Of a stretch of 64,000 nt of DNA, positions 45,779-58,331 are shown one piece after another. The notes below the pieces were generated by a model. The model was given only the letters and a program-made list of their open reading frames with translations. It was not told the origin of the DNA and did no database searches. The translations under genes and the position numbers were made by a program. The stretch is from the human T2T-CHM13v2.0 reference genome, Homo sapiens. Positions within the stretch are counted from its first letter, which is position 1. Each line of letters starts with the position of its first letter. The stretch lies in the NCBI RefSeq assembly GCF_009914755.1, contig NC_060946.1; one strand, given 5' to 3'.

Positions 45779-46291
45779 ATGGCCTGGATCCCTCTACTTC
45801 TCCCCCTCCTCACTCTCTGCACAGGTGCTGTCCCCAGGCCCTGCTCCAGGCCCTGCTCCAGTCTTATTCCCCACAGATCCCAAGTTGAGCCTGCCCTGAA
45901 TCCCGAGCAAAGCCCAGACACAGCCTCTGGGTGCGACTCCTGGGAATGGGTCCTTTGTCTTCAAGCCCCCTCTCTTGTTCTTCCTTGCAGGCTCTGAGGC
46001 CTCCTATGAGCTGACACAGCCACCCTCGGTGTCAGTGTCCCCAGGACAGACGGCCAGGATCACCTGCTCTGGAGATGCATTGCCAAAGCAATATGCTTAT
46101 TGGTACCAGCAGAAGCCAGGCCAGGCCCCTGTGCTGGTGATATATAAAGACAGTGAGAGGCCCTCAGGGATCCCTGAGCGATTCTCTGGCTCCAGCTCAG
46201 GGACAACAGTCACGTTGACCATCAGTGGAGTCCAGGCAGAAGACGAGGCTGACTATTACTGTCAATCAGCAGACAGCAGTGGTACTTATCC
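45779..46291 (+). CDS. IGLV3-25: Ig lambda V gene segment: leader 45779-45824, V exon 45991-46291
   Basis: [56 protein letters not shown]...[12 protein letters not shown]; octamer 45665-45672. Confidence 0.96.
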
Positions 46292-46330
46292 CACAGTGAC
46301 ACAAGCAGACAGGGAAGTGAGACATAAACC
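46292..46330 (+). promoter_or_regulatory. 23-RSS of IGLV3-25
   Basis: CACAGTG + 23 nt + ACATAAACC. Confidence 0.95.
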
Positions 46331-46749
46331 CCTCCCCCTCTATTTCATCCTCTTCCTCCTGCCCCAGGAGGACTGTGGACAAAGCCATGAGTAGGCTTGG
46401 CCAAATTCACCCAAATCTGAACCCCCAGGCTGCCCTTCCCTCCAGCCCTCCAGGCAGGCACTGCAGAGTAGTCAGTCTGGAGTGGATTTGTGCCTGGCAG
46501 GCCAGGCTGTCCTGTGTTTCTTTGCCTTGGGTTTGAGTTGTCGATGGAGGGTCTGACTGGAAAGACAGACACAGGGAGACATCCATGCAGGCATGTCCAA
46601 AGGGACATGGGGAACTCTCAGGTCTCAGTTGAATGCAGTCATTGTTGTATCCTCTGGGAAAGCATTCCTCTAGTGCATCTAAGACCTCCAGACCCACAGA
46701 GCCTGAGATCAGGAGGAGAGAATGTTAAATTTTTGCTAATGGACCACTG

Positions 46750-48420
46750 AAGACATTTTTGAGTGGAGCCACTACAATTTACTCCTTGATTCTGGACTCA
46801 TGGATCCTGACTGTGGGAGAAACAGCACCATCTATTGGGCACTGATGCACAGAACATGCCCTATCCTGGAAGACATTGTCCAGCCCTACACATACTTGCC
46901 ACTTGCCTGGTGCAGTAATGGTGTCTCCAAGCAGTCATTAAACCATTCATATAAGCCATATGTCTCAGAATGTTTGGGACAAGAGTAAGAATCTTGATTG
47001 CCAGAAGAAAAGGCCCATAGCCCTTTATTTGCAGTGAAATGAATTCCTTGGTCAGAACCTCCTGTGGAATACCATCATGATGGGTGCGCCATTCTGTAAT
47101 CCAGAGACAACAGTTTTGGCAGAAGCATTGCTGTCAATGAAAGCAAATCCTCTGTAGAATAAATGTCAATTCTAGTAAGAAAAAAGAGCTATTCCTGCCA
47201 TGATGGAAGAGTGCAAACGAAATTAATATTAAGCAGGCCCCTGGCTGTTTTCCACAGAGAAAGTCATCCTATAGGGATCTCTGTGTTAGTCTCTGCTGTT
47301 GGCAGATGGTCACTCAGCAGTGGCTACAGCCAGGCCAGCTCCAGTTAGTGGAAATCGACATTGATGAGCCCATGGACAGCCTCCATCCCTGCCACCATGG
47401 GCGCTTTTTTTTATGGAGCCCACTGGGCATTGACAAGAGTGGTTGAGGGAGGCTGCCTGATGTCCACAGAACAAGTCACCCTACTCACCTGATTAGCAAA
47501 ATCACTTCATTTTCACAGAAGACTTGGTGAGTATTGACATATGGAAAAAATTCTCTTACTTTCTGCCCACCGGAGGAGGTCTATTCACACATCTCTCCCC
47601 CTGACGTATTTGTGATCAATATTCTCATTGTGTCTCTCTCAAGTCCCTGAACATCCTTGAGCATCTTTCAAGACCCTGAGTCACAACCTGTGAATTAGGA
47701 ACCTCTGCCCATCTCTTGGCAGGTGACATGAGCCAATTGCACTGCTTAAAATTCTACTTTAATGAGAATGTTCCTCCAACACTGCTGTTCAGGGATTCTC
47801 AGAGGCCAGGTGGAGTACTAGCACTGTCCACACCAGTAGTGGCTGCATGTCCTGCAGAAAACTCTGTAACCCCAGCCTAAGTGCCTCCTCCTAGGCAGCT
47901 GATCTCAGGGAGCCCCTCAGGACGTCAAGGCTGTAGGGTGAGAGGAAGACATGGTGCAGGGCTCCGGTCATGTCTATTTGGCCAACTCTTCATGAAACTT
48001 ACTTGGGCCTCGTGACCTAGTCCCTCAAGTCACAAATACATCCCTGCCATGTGATTGAGGAGCTGCTGGAAATGGCCAACCGGGACTGTGGTTCAGACCA
48101 AACCTAGCATACTGGCAACTTGGGTCGCATGGTGAGCTGTGTGGCCACAATCACACAGAGCCTCTGCTGAGGCCCAGGAGCCTTCGCAGTCTTTCTCAAA
48201 TGGAGCTTTCTGCTCATTCAAAAAAATAAGTAGAGGGAGGCTGGGACCCCAGGACCACTTAGACCACGCACATGATCTTGTCTGATTATTCTGAATCCTT
48301 GCATGCTCAGCTATGCATTATGGTAACCAAGCCACAGTGTCTTTGGCAATAAAATGCCACTACTTGGCCCCCACCTACCCTGGGATCCCCTCAACCACAT
48401 CTTGCTACCCAAAACAGGTT
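46750..48420 (-). mobile_element. ERVL internal (pol RNaseH/integrase) remnant
   Basis: Minus strand near 47285-47400 reads HGGRDGGCPWAHQCRFPLTGAGLAVATAE*PSANS, resembling the ERVL integrase zinc-finger region. Boundaries approximate. Confidence 0.7.
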
Positions 48421-48687
48421 TCACCTCCACTGAGAGAAATTTATTTTTATATTGAGAAGATGAAAGATTAATTATTTCAATTGTGAAAATTTTATAGGAC
48501 AGTAATGTGAAAATATTTTAAAAGACACTTTACGAAGAGTGAAAGACCTTCCATTAAACCACTCAATATATGACACTGTAATTGGCCTACCCAAACCCTA
48601 AGTTCAGCTCCGGGTTGGGACCTTCTGGGAATGGACCCTTCATCCTCACGCCCTCCTCTCCTCTCCTCTCCTCTCCTCTTCTGTCAG

Positions 48688-49033
48688 CCCTGTGCCTCCT
48701 ATGTGCAGAGACAGCTGGTCTCAGTGTTGGTGGCCCTGGGACTGACAATCATGAGCACATACTCTGGAGATAACCTTGAGATAAACATGCATTAAGGAAC
48801 CAGCAGAATCCAGGCCAGTCCATGGTGCTGGTCATCTAGTATAACAGCAACTGACCCTCAGGGACATCTGCCCAATTCTTAGGCTTCAACTCAGGGAACA
48901 TGGCCACCATGACCATTAATGGAGCCCAAGCCCGGGAAGAGACTGACTATTGCTGAACTGCAGATAATAACAGTGGGAGCAGCTGGCAGGGACTCATAGT
49001 AACACAGAGAGACAGGGACTAGCCACAGAACTG
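48688..49033 (+). pseudogene. Unnamed leaderless IGLV3-like V relic with degenerate 23-RSS
   Basis: (TCCTC)n + cag acceptor; gcctcctatgtg, gtggccctggga, accagcagaatccaggccag, ccctcaggga, caactcagggaacatggccacc, ctgactattgctg; CATAGTA(48995)-23-ACAGAACTG(49025-49033). Confidence 0.82.
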
Positions 49034-50859
49034 TCCCATCTCGGCCTGGCTCTCATTCTCAGCTGCCCTGTGAGCAGCTGAAGGTCAGGCCTCAGGGTCA
49101 GGCGTCCTCTCTGGTCTTAACCTGGCCCCTGCAGGGCTGGTGATTCTGAGCAGCTTCTCCATCCTCTCAGGGCCTGCATGTGTCCAGTGAGAAGTGAGTG
49201 GACAGGGGGAAGCTGGTTGGAGCTGCAGGAACCTCTGTCAGGTTTGTGGTGTACATGAAAGGTTTAGGAATCCACACAACATCACATGGCCCCAGATGTA
49301 ATCACACATCACACAGGGGAGGAAAGAGCTGTCGCAGAGGGTACAGTCCTGTGGAATTTCTCTTTTCCTTGGGTATAAGCAGCTTAGTGGAAGCTCCAGA
49401 GGCTGTGTCTCCTCTGGTTTCCAGATGAGTTCAGTTGACCTCCGCATTCTAAAGGGGTGCCTGAGGCCTGAGGAGGACTGGAGACCCAGCCCCTTTTGGC
49501 CCCAGGGCCCTTTCTGTGCTGACATTTCACAGAAACTGAAGAGGAAGAACAGACACTACCTTTCATCCCACCTGGGGACTGTCTTTGGGGCACGCTGAAC
49601 TCCCATGGCCCCCAAAGTCCCATCACCTTCCCCAGGTAGGTCAGACCTGACTGGATGTCCCTCTAGTGCCCTGATAGTGTGGATTTTATCTTTGGGCTCT
49701 GGGCTGCTTTCTGAGGAGCTCACTAAGAACCCTTGATGCCAAGTCCAGGACCTGCCCCTCTGCTCCATGTCCCAGGGGCTGCAAGCATGACGGGAAGGTC
49801 CTGCTGGGTGAGGATGGTGCCCTTTTCCAGAAGAGATGTCTGATTCCAGTCTCTAGGGCCAGGTTTGTTGGGCTTTTTTTCTCACTTGGAAGGTCTCAGT
49901 CTCTTTATTACCTTCTTTAAAAGTACAATTGGTTTAATCGTGAAATCATGTGCATGCACTAAAGTTTACAGACTATGGTCATCAGCACATATGTACACTC
50001 TTTCTGGATGGGACAACTGTGGACACGGCCATACTGGGGTCTCTGTCTCTCTCATTATCACAAGGGAGGATACCAACAGCTCTCTCCTATGCAGACCGTA
50101 GTCATGTTTCCCAATTGCACAAGAATGTCTCTTACAGTTGTTTAATTTCCTTCCCAGCCAGGACGCTTAAGTTTCCCATGCTGATACTTGGTTGCTATTT
50201 CTCTCTGATCCAACATTTTTCAAACAGTATTGCTTGCAACCCAAGGCTTATGAAACACTTTACCAAAAGTTCCACAAGAAAAGCTCAAGTTTCTCATGCA
50301 CCGTTGGACCAGGTTCATTGCGTGCAGTAGGACCTTGCTCAAGTGATGAGTCCATTTGATGTTTTCACCATCAAGGTGAAGGGTATTATGACTTTTGGGC
50401 ACTGAGTTGATAGAAGGAAGACAGCAGCTGATGATGGCCCTGCCCACCGATGTGTGTGTGTGGGCAGGACCTATCGATGGATTTAGAAGTTGAGGGAACT
50501 GTTTATTCTGCAGATGGAATTTCCAGCACTGAATCTCCACCAACCAGACACTAGCACTCAGCAGGTGCTCTGTAAGAAGAAGCCCTTCACTGCCAATCAC
50601 GGCCATTACACAGGTGAAGGAGAGGATGATTTTTAACAGCCATTGACCCTCACAGTAAACTGAGGTCAAAACTCTGGTACACAAAGTGACTTTGAGAGAA
50701 CAGGCTGAGGAAGCAGGTTAATTAGTAGCAGAAGGCTTTGCCGAGAGCAGGAACAAAACAGGGTTGGTGAGGAACTAGTGATGCCATGGTGTGGAAGGAA
50801 CAAGGCCTGTACCAGGAGCAGGAAGGGGCATGGGAAAGACCACACTGCCACATGTGATG

Positions 50860-51260
50860 AGTCAGCACATGGAAGGCACAGCAAATGTTGCACAAAGGTT
50901 TTTGTGTAATAACCTGGCAAACAGCTGCTTCTCTATCAAGATTGATGAGTCAAAAAATGTTACTGATGCATTGCTGTCACATGTGAAGGTGTGTGAAGAA
51001 TGGTGACATTCAAGGAAACCTGTTCTCTGCAGACACCTACCCACCAGTACAGCAGACACCCCAGCTATGCCAAGGGCTTTGTCTTCCTCTGGGGTAAGAG
51101 CCTGGGAACAACAAGTTGGCCCCTGAAAGGGGTGCCCCATCATGCGCTCTTCATGGCTGAGTTAAGTGGGGAGCTCCCAGAGAACTTTCCAGTAAATGGT
51201 CAATCTGTTTGTTCTGGGTGCATTGAGCATGACCCAGGATCAATGGAAGTGACAGAAGCT
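50860..51260 (+). mobile_element. hAT-Charlie transposase coding remnant
   Basis: Translation FSIKIDESKNVTDALLSHVK...DIQGNLFS...CSGCIEHDPGSM resembles the hAT motifs FSLQLDESTD and CVGICTDGAPSM. Confidence 0.6.
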
Positions 51261-51315
51261 TAATTTCCCCAAGGCTGCAAGGCGGGCACTGGGAGGACGG
51301 CTGAAGCAGTTTAGC

Positions 51316-51937
51316 CACCACCCCCTAGTGGCTCCAGCCCCAGGTAAGCAGGGACAGTTGAAGGGCCTGCCTGAGCCCACCTGTGTCTAATTAGTTCCAG
51401 CATCAGCAGCTGCATCCTGTAGACCACCAAGGAGTGTGTGTGCCCAGCCCCTCACAGATCACCTGAGCATAAACAGGAAATTCTCCTTCTTACACCTGAC
51501 TGCACCACACATCTGCCCCTTGCTCTTCATTTACAAGACGCTATCACATCAGACACGGACTGATCTGAGTCCCGGGTTCCCTCAGGTTTCTGCTGTCCTC
51601 TCAGATCCCCACACACAAAAGACTCTTCACCACAGGGCGTTGAGCCAGCTCTTCCCCAACACTGCCTCTTACAGGTTACTCTTCTCCAATATGATGCGGG
51701 TTTGATTTCAGTGTTTCTACATATATACTTTTGTATTTTATTGGGTAAGCTGAGCCCCTTGTACCTGATCTTGAGTCAGGCAGGGGCCACACAGAGAAGA
51801 GGTGTTCCTCCCCTGGGACCAGCAGTCCTCGGATCAGGGCATCAGGGACCTGAACAGCAGGTTCTGAATCCACACCTAGACCCAGGAAGTCCCTGAGCCC
51901 CCAGCCCACAGTGTGGAGCGGCCACCAGGGGGAAGCA
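51316..51937. promoter_or_regulatory. Two CTCF-like motifs (minus 51316-51333; plus 51919-51937) flanking an E-box cluster
   Basis: AGCCACTAGGGGGTGGTG (reverse complement) and CGGCCACCAGGGGGAAGCA; several CACCTG, CAGCTG and CATCTG. Confidence 0.55.
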
Positions 51938-53409
51938 GAGAGTTACCTGGCAAAGCCACCTGGCGATGGGGCGGGCCTGGGTGACAGGGAGACGCTGACA
52001 TGCAGCAGGAGCCAGTGACCATGATCTCACACCTGGAATGAAAGGGTCTTTATTTTCATAGAGTATTGTCCTTGTGTACTTGACACTCATGTAGAAATTC
52101 TAGAATAGGATTTTACCTTCAGCTCTTGCAGATGCTGCCTCTTTCTCTGCCACAGCTCCAGGCACTTGACTTCTCACAGTGCCCTCTCCTCACACACCCA
52201 GTTGTGCTAAAATGGTGTCCCTGCCATGTGCAGTGTCCTCCCTGAGGTCACAGGTGTCCCCTTTATCTCCCCTTTGTTCTGGGAGCCCCTGTCCTGCAGA
52301 CACAGTGGCTTCTCCTTTCCTGGCTGCTCCTCCACTTTCATTGTCCCTGGTCTTTCCGGACTCTCTCCTGGGGAAGCTGCCAAATCATGGCTCTTGATTT
52401 CCTGGTGAGTCACAAAATAGTTGCTCATTAACCTTTAGTTGACTTAAGTTCTTAATCATTGATACATTTTCCCCAACAACTGACGACAACTTAGTTATAA
52501 TAAACATTCACTTCTGGGGGTCTTGGAGTTTGCAGCCCCCTCTCATTCTCTCATGGAGCAAACATTTCCTTCGCCTTCTCATCTGTCTCTGATCCTGACA
52601 GCATCCTGGAGATACTGAGGCACAGCAGCTATGACCTACCCAGGAGCTTGCAGCCAAGGCAGAAACTTCCATCACCTCATGGATCTTCCAGCACTCTGTG
52701 TGCACTTGACAAATAAGAAATTCCATTGTCCTCTACCACTCAGGAGCTGTGCCCTGCGGTGGGACCTGCACCTTTCCAAGGTGTGTGTTATCATCTGCAC
52801 AGTGGAGATGAAGAGGGAACCTGCATTGGGTTCTGGAAAGTACCATCTAAAAATATATTTAGACCTGCAACAGAAATCTCCTCTCTAACATAAAATATTT
52901 ATGATCAGGACACACTGAGAGGCCTAGACCAAAATTAAGCACTGCCCTCCTGAGCCAGGATAGAATGGAGGAGGGGACTGGGGACCCCAGATAATTCCAC
53001 AGTTACCAGCATGACTCTATGATCACCTCCTGGACCAGATCAAAGATCATCCCATATGAAGGACTTCATATTCCTTAGGAAATACAAAGTCACCTCTGAG
53101 CTCTGCTGTGACCAAGTGAGCCCAGGAATGAGGCTGAGCACAGTGTGATGTGGAGATGTCTGCAGAGAATATGGAATCAATTGATAAAGGAGATCCTGTG
53201 GGCAAAGGGTGGGAGGGCAAGGCCACCCCTAACCTCTTTGGGTCCCTTGGGGCTGAGTCCTTCTGGAAACCACAAAGCTCCTCCAGCAGCAGCCCCTGAC
53301 TCTGCTGATTGGCATCACGGGCTGTTCTCTCCAACAAGGGGTTAAGAGAGACCTGGGAGGAGCCTGCCCAGCCTCAGACTTGAGAAGCAGCATTGGAGGC
53401 ACTTCAGCC

Positions 53410-54040
53410 ATGGCCTGGCCCCTCTTTTCCTTGGTCTCCTGACTCACTGCCCAGGTGCTGCCCCCAGGGTCTCACCCACCTGCCCAGCCCCAGGCCTCCA
53501 GGTTCAGCCTGGCCATCAGTCTGAGCTCAGCAGGGCCCTGTGTGTGGTGGGCAGGATGCTCGTGACCCTGCTGCAGGGGGAGGGGCTGGTTGGGCTGAAA
53601 TGCCCCCACTCTGTGCTCCTGTGCTCATGGGTGCCCTGAGAGCTCTTTTATTCCTGGGGCTCACTCCAGCCCTGGCAAGTAGCAAGATATCCTGGGGTTG
53701 AGCCTCTCAGTTTCAAATTTTTTATCTCCCCTTTCCTTCTTGCAGGCTCTGTCACCTCCTGTGAGCTGACACAGCCACCCTCAGTGTCAGTAGCTCCAGG
53801 ACAGATGACCAGGATCACCTGTGGGGAAAACAGTATTGGAAGTAAAAGTGCTTAATGGTACCAGCAGAAGCCAGGACAGGCCCCTGTGTGGGTCATCTAT
53901 GGGGATAGCAGGCGGCCTTCAGGGATCTCTGAGATTCTCTGGCTCAAACTCAGGGAACAGGACCACCCTGGCCATCAACAGGGCCCAGGCTGGGGACGAG
54001 GCTATTACTGTAAGATGTGGGACATTAGGACTCCTCATCC
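53410..54040 (+). pseudogene. IGLV3-24: IGLV3-family pseudogene: leader 53410-53454, V exon 53746-54040
   Basis: 45-nt leader (1-nt deletion, TGA at 53440); TAA at 53853-53855; deletion before YYC; intact RSS CACAGTG(54041)-23-ACACAAACC(54071-54079); octamer mutated to ATTGGCAT. Confidence 0.85.
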
Positions 54041-55447
54041 CACAGTGACAGAGGTAGATGGGGAAGTGAGACACAAACCCCTTCCCCATACGTGTCACTC
54101 TTGTCCTCCAGCCCAGGAAGACTGTGGACAAAGCCATGAGCATGGGTTTCCCAATTCACCTGGATCTGAGACCCCCCAGGCTGCCCTTTCCACAGGCCCT
54201 CCAGGCAGGCTCTGCAGAGGGGACATCAAGAGTGAATTTAGGGCAGAGGTGACCAGGATATATTGAGGTTTGGGGGACTCAGTTGTGATTTGGGGAAATG
54301 GGGCCAGAATGGAAGGTCAGGCCAAGGTCAACATCCTTAGTTGGTCTCTGGATTTCCATAGGGGGTGAAGGCCAGTCCTTGGGCTGAATATCCTGAGTCA
54401 GTTTCCAGAACTGCCCAGCTCAGGCTCCCATGGCATCCTGCCATTCTCTGAAAAGGGCCCTGGCATGCCAGGTGCTCTGGGTTCTGAGGGAGAGTTGGAA
54501 TCAGATCCTCCTGCAGGAATCCAGGGTCAGGAGAAGCAGCCTCACCTGACACAGGGACCACAGATGCACCCCCACAGGGTGAGCTGCAGGATGGATGCTG
54601 CTCATCTCCAATCCTCACATCCTATGCAAAAAATCATTCTTTTCACCCCTCCTTCAGTGTATCAAAGTTGACACTTAAAAAGCCTTAAGAGCCCACTCTT
54701 GTCAACAGAAAACCCATTCACATCTCCATCAGCCACACAATCTCCACAGAATGATTCTTCAAAAAACGATAACAGTAGACATGAAAAGGTATCTAAAATG
54801 TTACATAAATAATTGAACTTAGATTACATATGAAAATGATACTATTTTTGGTATGCTAGGTAAATAAAATATATTATTTGGACTCCTTTACTTTCTTCTC
54901 TTTGTATTTCTAATGTGGTGACTAGACATTGGGATTCCAATGAGGCTCACATCATATTGTGATTGAACAGTGCTGGTCTGCACCTCTTCAGGTAACAGGG
55001 GCTGTGGAGTGACCTGGTGCAGGAAGCCCCATCTCCAATCATAGGACATCAGTGTGAACCCAGGGAGAGGCACTGGTGCAAGAGAAATGAGAACAGGAGT
55101 GTGGACCATCTGCTTGTACAGGGGACTGAGCCCTCACTTTGAGCCAAATAAACTTTTTTTCTATTTTCAATTCTGAAGAAGAAGACTTTCCTGGACTTCT
55201 TTCCGTTTTCAGATTTGTGCCCCTTCAGGTTTGGCCTGTCTGGATCCCAGCCAGGGGACACCGAGGAAATCCAGGAGTCTCACACTGACTCTGTTGTATT
55301 TCATCTGCTGGGGTCATCCCAAACTGCTGCGTATCGTTTCCTTTCCTGGTGCTCAAATAGCTGCTCCATGCACTTGTCACGGTTTCATAGCTCAGTCTAG
55401 GTGGGAAGACAGGATAGTGTATGTTATAATATTTAAATGGAACCTGA

Positions 55448-55793
<346 letters not shown>

Positions 55794-56920
55794 CAATAGT
55801 TTTTTTAAAATATGAAATGTTAAAAGAGTTTTGTCATAGGCATTGGGAAAGGTGAAAATAGATTAAAAACATTTTAAGAAAAAAACCAAAAATGTACTTG
55901 TAGACTGTCTGTGTGTCTTCAGTGTTGCAGGGTTCAGAGAGGTCAGTTTTATGGTTCACTAAGGAGGGGCTAAGATGGAGGAAACCAAGAAAGCCAAAAA
56001 CACACATCTCTGCCACTCAAAACATAAATCAAAGTAAAATGGAAAAAATCTTTCAATAAATCATTCCCAATAAATATCACTCTGGTGCACATAGAAAGGC
56101 CTGTTAGCAAACTTTCCCTTTCCCCTGCTGGCTCATATCCCCATGGATCACCTGTGTGCAGAGTGGACTCTGTGGTCCCCATTTCTCAGGCTGAGAATCA
56201 GAGACTGGGAAGGACAAGTCACCTGCTCATGAGTGGGAAGGGCAGGATTGGGAGCAGCTGGCTTGGGTTCAGGACTGTGGCCCTGGTCGGTGCTCTGTGT
56301 CCCTCCAGAGGGTCCCTCCCACATGTGCCCCGTGTGGATGTGGGTGCACTGCCTGGGGTGGCTGATGTGCTCCAGGGATTCGATGGTGCAGATGCTTCAG
56401 CACAAAACGTGGAGGTGGGGATGGGATGAGGCTGCAGCTGGGGAGACCAGAGACCAGCGCCACCCAGCAGAGGTTTCCACGGGGTGGGCAGCCCCATTTC
56501 CTGACAGTAGAGACAGGCTGGAGGTGGGTGCCAAGCAGAGGGCGCTGTGGGGTATGCCCAGGCCTAGAGAGTCACAGAGACACAGGCACTACACAGCAGA
56601 GGCACTGAGGGCCAGGAGCTCACTCAGGTGAGAGACTTCAGCAGATCCTTCTCTCCTGAGCAAATCAGGTACAAAAAAAATTAAGTTCCTGCCATCAGCA
56701 TGCACAAACAAGAACATTCATCTCTTCAGCTGAGCCCTGCTGTCCAGGGAAGCAAAAGTCTCTGAGCCCAGGCCCACGTGAGGGTGGGGTGAGGAGAGGA
56801 GCCCAGGATGCTGATTTTCATGGAGGCCCCGCCCTCCTCTGAGGCAGAGGGGATAAGACAGGGCTGGGGCAGGCCCAGTGCTGGGGTCACAAGAGGCAGC
56901 GCTCTCGGGACGTCTCCACC

Positions 56921-57391
56921 ATGGCCTGGGCTCTGCTGCTCCTCACCCTCCTCACTCAGGACACAGGTGACGCCTCCAGGGAAGGGGTCTTGGGGACCTC
57001 TGGGCTGATCCTTGGTCTCCTGCTCCTCAGGCTCACCGGGGCCCAGCACTGACTCACTGGCATGTGTTTCTCCCTCTTTCCAGGGTCCTGGGCCCAGTCT
57101 GCCCTGACTCAGCCTGCCTCCGTGTCTGGGTCTCCTGGACAGTCGATCACCATCTCCTGCACTGGAACCAGCAGTGATGTTGGGAGTTATAACCTTGTCT
57201 CCTGGTACCAACAGCACCCAGGCAAAGCCCCCAAACTCATGATTTATGAGGTCAGTAAGCGGCCCTCAGGGGTTTCTAATCGCTTCTCTGGCTCCAAGTC
57301 TGGCAACACGGCCTCCCTGACAATCTCTGGGCTCCAGGCTGAGGACGAGGCTGATTATTACTGCTGCTCATATGCAGGTAGTAGCACTTTC
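56921..57391 (+). CDS. IGLV2-23: Ig lambda V gene segment: leader 56921-56966, V exon 57084-57391 (CDR2 EVS, *02-like from memory)
   Basis: [59 protein letters not shown]...[12 protein letters not shown]. Confidence 0.97.
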
Positions 57392-57430
57392 CACAGTGGT
57401 CCAAGTTCATGGGGAACTGAGACCAAAACC
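57392..57430 (+). promoter_or_regulatory. 23-RSS of IGLV2-23
   Basis: CACAGTG + 23 nt + ACCAAAACC. Confidence 0.95.
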
Positions 57431-58191
57431 TGCCCAGGGCCTTCAGACTTCCTCCTTGCTCTGAAGATGCTTCCTCACCCGGTGCAAGAGGCTTGCTGCA
57501 GCGCGGCCTTGAGAATTCTTCTCTCTCAGCTCCTTCCCTTTCCACCATGAATTCCAACAGGAAACCTGCCCTGTGGTTTCCCATACAGGACAGGGACAGC
57601 TTCCTGATGCTTGTGTGCTGTGGTCCCTGAATGTGCAACTCTTCCCAGCTCTTCAAATGCAGGGACAGTGACAAGGAGCTGCCTGATTGGTGCAGTCACT
57701 GCTTTTTTCAGGGATGTCTTCACCCTACATGTATCATCATCCCCTACACTGTGGGTAGAATTTTAGCAACTACATTCTAATGGTTATCGCCACAACTTTG
57801 ATCTTAGAAATAACAGTGCAGTGAACATCCCTATGCAGGCTCCTTTGAGTTCCTGTGTGAATACGACCATAGGATTCATTTCTAAAAGTGAAATTGCGGG
57901 TCAGAAAGATGTGTGTTTGTGATTTTCACCCAATGTTGTCAGATTCCCCTCCAGAGGGATTGTACCAATTTTCAATGCCAGCTGGAAGTACTTGTTCAGA
58001 GTACATTGTTGAATGTGGAAATTTTTGCCAACGTATCAGAGTGAAAAATGGTACCTTGTTACAGTTTTATTTTTCAGTCTCCCGTTCTGCTTAAGGTTGG
58101 GCCTTTTCACAAATAGTTCAGTACTCTTCATTTTTCATGATTTGGTAAACTTTATAAAAAATATCCAGATAAGAAGAATTTTAGTCTTTGT

Positions 58192-58331
58192 GGCCAGACA
58201 CGGTGGCTCATGCCTGTAATCCCAGCATTTTGGAAGACTAAGACGGGTGAATCGCTTGATCCCAGGAGTTTGGGATTAGCCTGGGCCACACAGTGAACCC
58301 TCATCTCAATTAAATTAAAGAAAATAAAAAT
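58192..58331 (+). mobile_element. FLAM / Alu left monomer
   Basis: ggccagacacggtggctcatgcctgtaatcccagc...gtgaaccctcatctc + A-rich tail. Confidence 0.85.

Noticed and set aside
50791-51263. Domesticated transposase gene
   Set aside because: Short, interrupted by stops and frameshifts; fossil Charlie fragment only
51697-51780. Possible J-lambda-like relic (ggtttgatt...ttttgtatt...aagctga)
   Set aside because: No CACTGTG heptamer at 12-nt spacing and no FGXG motif
51907-51945. CACAGTG as a functional RSS
   Set aside because: No nonamer at 12- or 23-nt spacing and no V exon recognisable upstream
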